From Mytilus californianus (Eukaryota): a stretch of 64,000 bases of DNA. Numbering within the stretch: the stretch's first letter is position 1; each line of letters starts with the position of its first letter. Position numbers and translations under genes: made by a program. Below, in pieces: positions 61,590 through 64,000 of this stretch. The notes beneath the pieces were generated by a model. That model made no database searches. It saw nothing but the letters and a program-made list of their open reading frames with translations, and was not told where the DNA came from. Location of the stretch: positions 92,647,982 to 92,711,981 of the forward strand of contig NW_026262679.1 of the NCBI RefSeq assembly GCF_021869535.1. Direction: 5' to 3'.

Positions 61590-62110
61590 TTGGCATTGTA
61601 CAATGTCATGTTTTTCTCAGCCTGTTTATGAAGTCTTTAACTAAATCCAGTGGATGTGTACTGATTGATTTGTCTGAGAGACATGATTTATTTTGAAGTT
61701 TTATCAAATAGGCCTTGAACTACCTTCTATAACTGAGAACCCTTAGATCTGTACTTCGTGTCATAGGTATATTTTTTAGTTGCTGTTTTTGCTTTGTGGT
61801 GATCTGATGAGTCAAGTTTTTTCAACTGGTTTTCACAGTCGGTTCATATGTTGTCCTGTTAAACAACTATCCCAGGTTAGACAGAGGGTGGAGTGCTTGA
61901 AAACATGTTTAACCCCACCACATACTGTATGTGCTATCTACTTCAGTGGTTGTTGTTGGTTGCTGTCTATCATATTTGTTTGCTATTTGTTATGTACATA
62001 TATCAGGCAGTTGGTCTTCTATCATTTGAATTGTTTTATATTGTCTCATGTCATGGGCCTTTTATAACTTACTATACGGTATGGGTGATGCTCACTGTGT
62101 GAGTCTGTAT
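61590..62110 (+). repeat. PLE family-B 3'-UTR fragment (~520 bp)
   Basis: It is collinear with 26480-27090: 'cattgtacaatgtcatgtttttctc', 'gatctgatgagtcaag', 'ggttagacagagggtggagtgcttgaaaacatgtttaaccccacc' and 'ggccttttataacttactatacggtatgggtgatgctcactgt'. Confidence 0.55.
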
Positions 62111-62335
62111 GGTGAACATAAGATAGTTACCTATATCTACATCATTTCGTCTTTGGTGTAAAGTTGGTATTCATAACATATCTTTTTTTTTATATTTATA
62201 TAATTCAAAGGAAAACTCTATTAATTTTACAAATCTTGAATTTTTTTCCGATTTTGCTGAATTCTCTTAAAAGGCAAGAAGTGATATAATATACATGAAC
62301 AGAGCTTGATAAGATAAATATTATACCCAACATAC

Positions 62336-62501
62336 CACCAGCTTCAAGTTGACCAGGTTGTAGTACTGTTTCATCTATGACTAATGATGTCCTTTCAGGT
62401 AGTTGCAAGACTCCAGATTTTAAACGGTTTGCTGTGTAGTCTTTTTCTGGACATAATCGTAAAGAATTCATGTTTTCTATCGACAAGGGGAGTAAATGCG
62501 A
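62336..62501 (-). CDS. Exon of unidentified gene (SHLLPLSIENMNSLRLCPEKDYTANRLKSGVLQLPERTSLVIDETVLQPGQLEAG)
   Basis: The acceptor is 'ctttttattttcag|tcgc' and the donor is 'gctggtg|gtatgt'. It is 166 nt and ends in phase 1. Confidence 0.5.
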
Positions 62502-63883
62502 CTGAAAATAAAAAGTGATTGTTATAAGTATGCACTCAAAAATCGTGATTTGATTGGGAAAATGTCTTTTTGACTTAACAAGAAAAAGACATGGTTAAAA
62601 ATAATACAACATGTGGTTTACAATAATCTGACAAAATAATTTATCTGGTACATTAGCTGAGAAGTCTTGCAAAATCAGAAAACCCCAATATACATGATGC
62701 TACACATTGATTTATTCTTTGACTCAAATGACGTAAGGGACATAGGAGATATAACTGTATTTGACAACTTATGCCATAACTACTATGAGATGACGATAGG
62801 ACAGATGCAGCAAGTGATGGCTTTAACCCATTGTAAAGTCTCATTCTATCTTTCTGGTTTACCAATAATTATTTATATACTTTATTTTAGTTGATTCGTG
62901 TTTTAAGGTGTTCCTCATGATTATTTGACTCATGATCATGTTGTTAGAGCTTTTATATCTAGGTGTTGTTTGAGATTCTTTTAGACCTTGTATTTGTAGC
63001 TCTCTTGTTTAGGTGTTCCATGTGATCTTTTAAAACCCTGTATTTGAAGTTCTCTTATTTAGATGTATGTGATGATTTATTTCCACCAAATCTGTACTTG
63101 AATCATTATTCTTAGCATAGTTCTACGGTGTTGCCCAACTACTTGAATGAAATGACTAGACCTTTAGACATACAGTACATATTTTTATGTCACTCTATGG
63201 AACCAATACACCAATCCAAGCAACAAAAGGGGGAACTAAACAACCTTGACAATATATACATGACCATCAGACTAAAGACATACCGAAAGACATATCATTG
63301 AACCCGTCACTTCTGAATAAACCGAATAGTATATCTCAATGAGTTTGCTGCTGACAACAAGATGATTCATATATATTTTCTAAATTTATTCATAAAATAT
63401 AAATTGATTTTGGCCCTTGGGAGTCAGTTACTCAGGGAAGGGAAATTTAGCTCCAGGCCCTGTCGATGACACTAGAATAGATTGACCAAGCCCCATGGAC
63501 ATGGACACTCCGTCAACCAACCGGAACAAGATGAGTTCCTATAAGGGGATGAAGCGTTGCTCCATCTCGCAGCAGGTGGCTACGATAAAAGGGGGTTAGA
63601 TTGACGGTGGAGAGAGAAATGCATGTAGATGTATTACATTTAATGACTTGGGGGAAATGAGAAATTAGACCAGTGGTCAATTTCGAAAGGGTCCGAAAAG
63701 TCAGGTGTGAAACAGCTGAGTGACCCCCAAGAAAGTAAATGGGGAAGATTAGGTTATGAGCAAGCCTTCATCTACTCACTGAGGAATTATATTAAAACAT
63801 TTGAACATAGTTTAATAAAACACATATATCTGTAGTTCTGATAATGAAAATCAAATGTAGGAAAGTTAACTCTTGATGCAATC

Positions 63884-63884
<1 letters not shown>

Positions 63885-63909
<25 letters not shown>
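63885..63909. repeat. (AT)n microsatellite
   Basis: 'atatatatatatatatatatatatat' followed by 'acacaca'. Confidence 0.9.
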
Positions 63910-63916
<7 letters not shown>

Positions 63917-64000
63917 GTATGAACAATTCTAACAAAAAAAGATACATTTTTTAACTGTTACAAATTTTCTGCTGTGCATGCTTAATAGAGGTTTTATCTG

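Noticed and set aside
1-64000. Prokaryotic-style features (operons, CRISPR arrays, defence islands, rRNA)
   Set aside because: - The sequence is clearly eukaryotic nuclear DNA with spliceosomal introns and metazoan TEs.
- There are no direct-repeat/spacer arrays or rRNA-like segments.

Overview
This is a eukaryotic window: AT-rich, repeat-dense, with GT-AG introns. It most plausibly comes from a bivalve mollusc, judging only from repeat families and CTLD/ZAR1-type genes, so that assignment is tentative.

**Repeats and mobile elements**
- A 641/642-bp tandem satellite fills 1-4872.
- From roughly 5000-15000 the sequence is AT-rich with scattered 3'-terminal fragments of Penelope-like elements (PLEs).
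- Two near-identical PLE copies sit head-to-tail on the minus strand (15066-22117). Their domain order is permuted: N-terminal GIY-YIG endonuclease, CxC linker, C-terminal RT. The single long ORF is interrupted only by four in-frame TGA codons.
- An older plus-strand copy of the same family (23290-27180) conserves two of these TGA/Cys positions and carries a nested CR1/L2-like LINE fragment.
- Smaller items: an isolated LINE RT fragment, a deleted hAT remnant, a foldback element and a MITE-like element.
- Three copies of a SINE-like repeat carry a minimal hammerhead-ribozyme motif.
- At least six pearl/Helentron-like nonautonomous elements each have their own internal tandem repeats plus a shared (GACGG/ACAG)n stretch and terminal hairpin.

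**Protein-coding genes**
- A two-exon ZAR1-like zinc-finger gene (zf-3CxxC) at 28832-30009 (+).
- A modular multi-CTLD (C-type lectin) gene on the minus strand, about 38.7-50.1 kb. It has three CTLD modules, each split into two exons, all with phase-1 boundaries.
- Three exons of an unidentified gene on the minus strand at 58944-62501.

No rRNA, bona fide tRNA or prokaryotic-type features were found. All coordinates come from manual translation and alignment by eye. Splice junctions and element boundaries are approximate to within a few bases.
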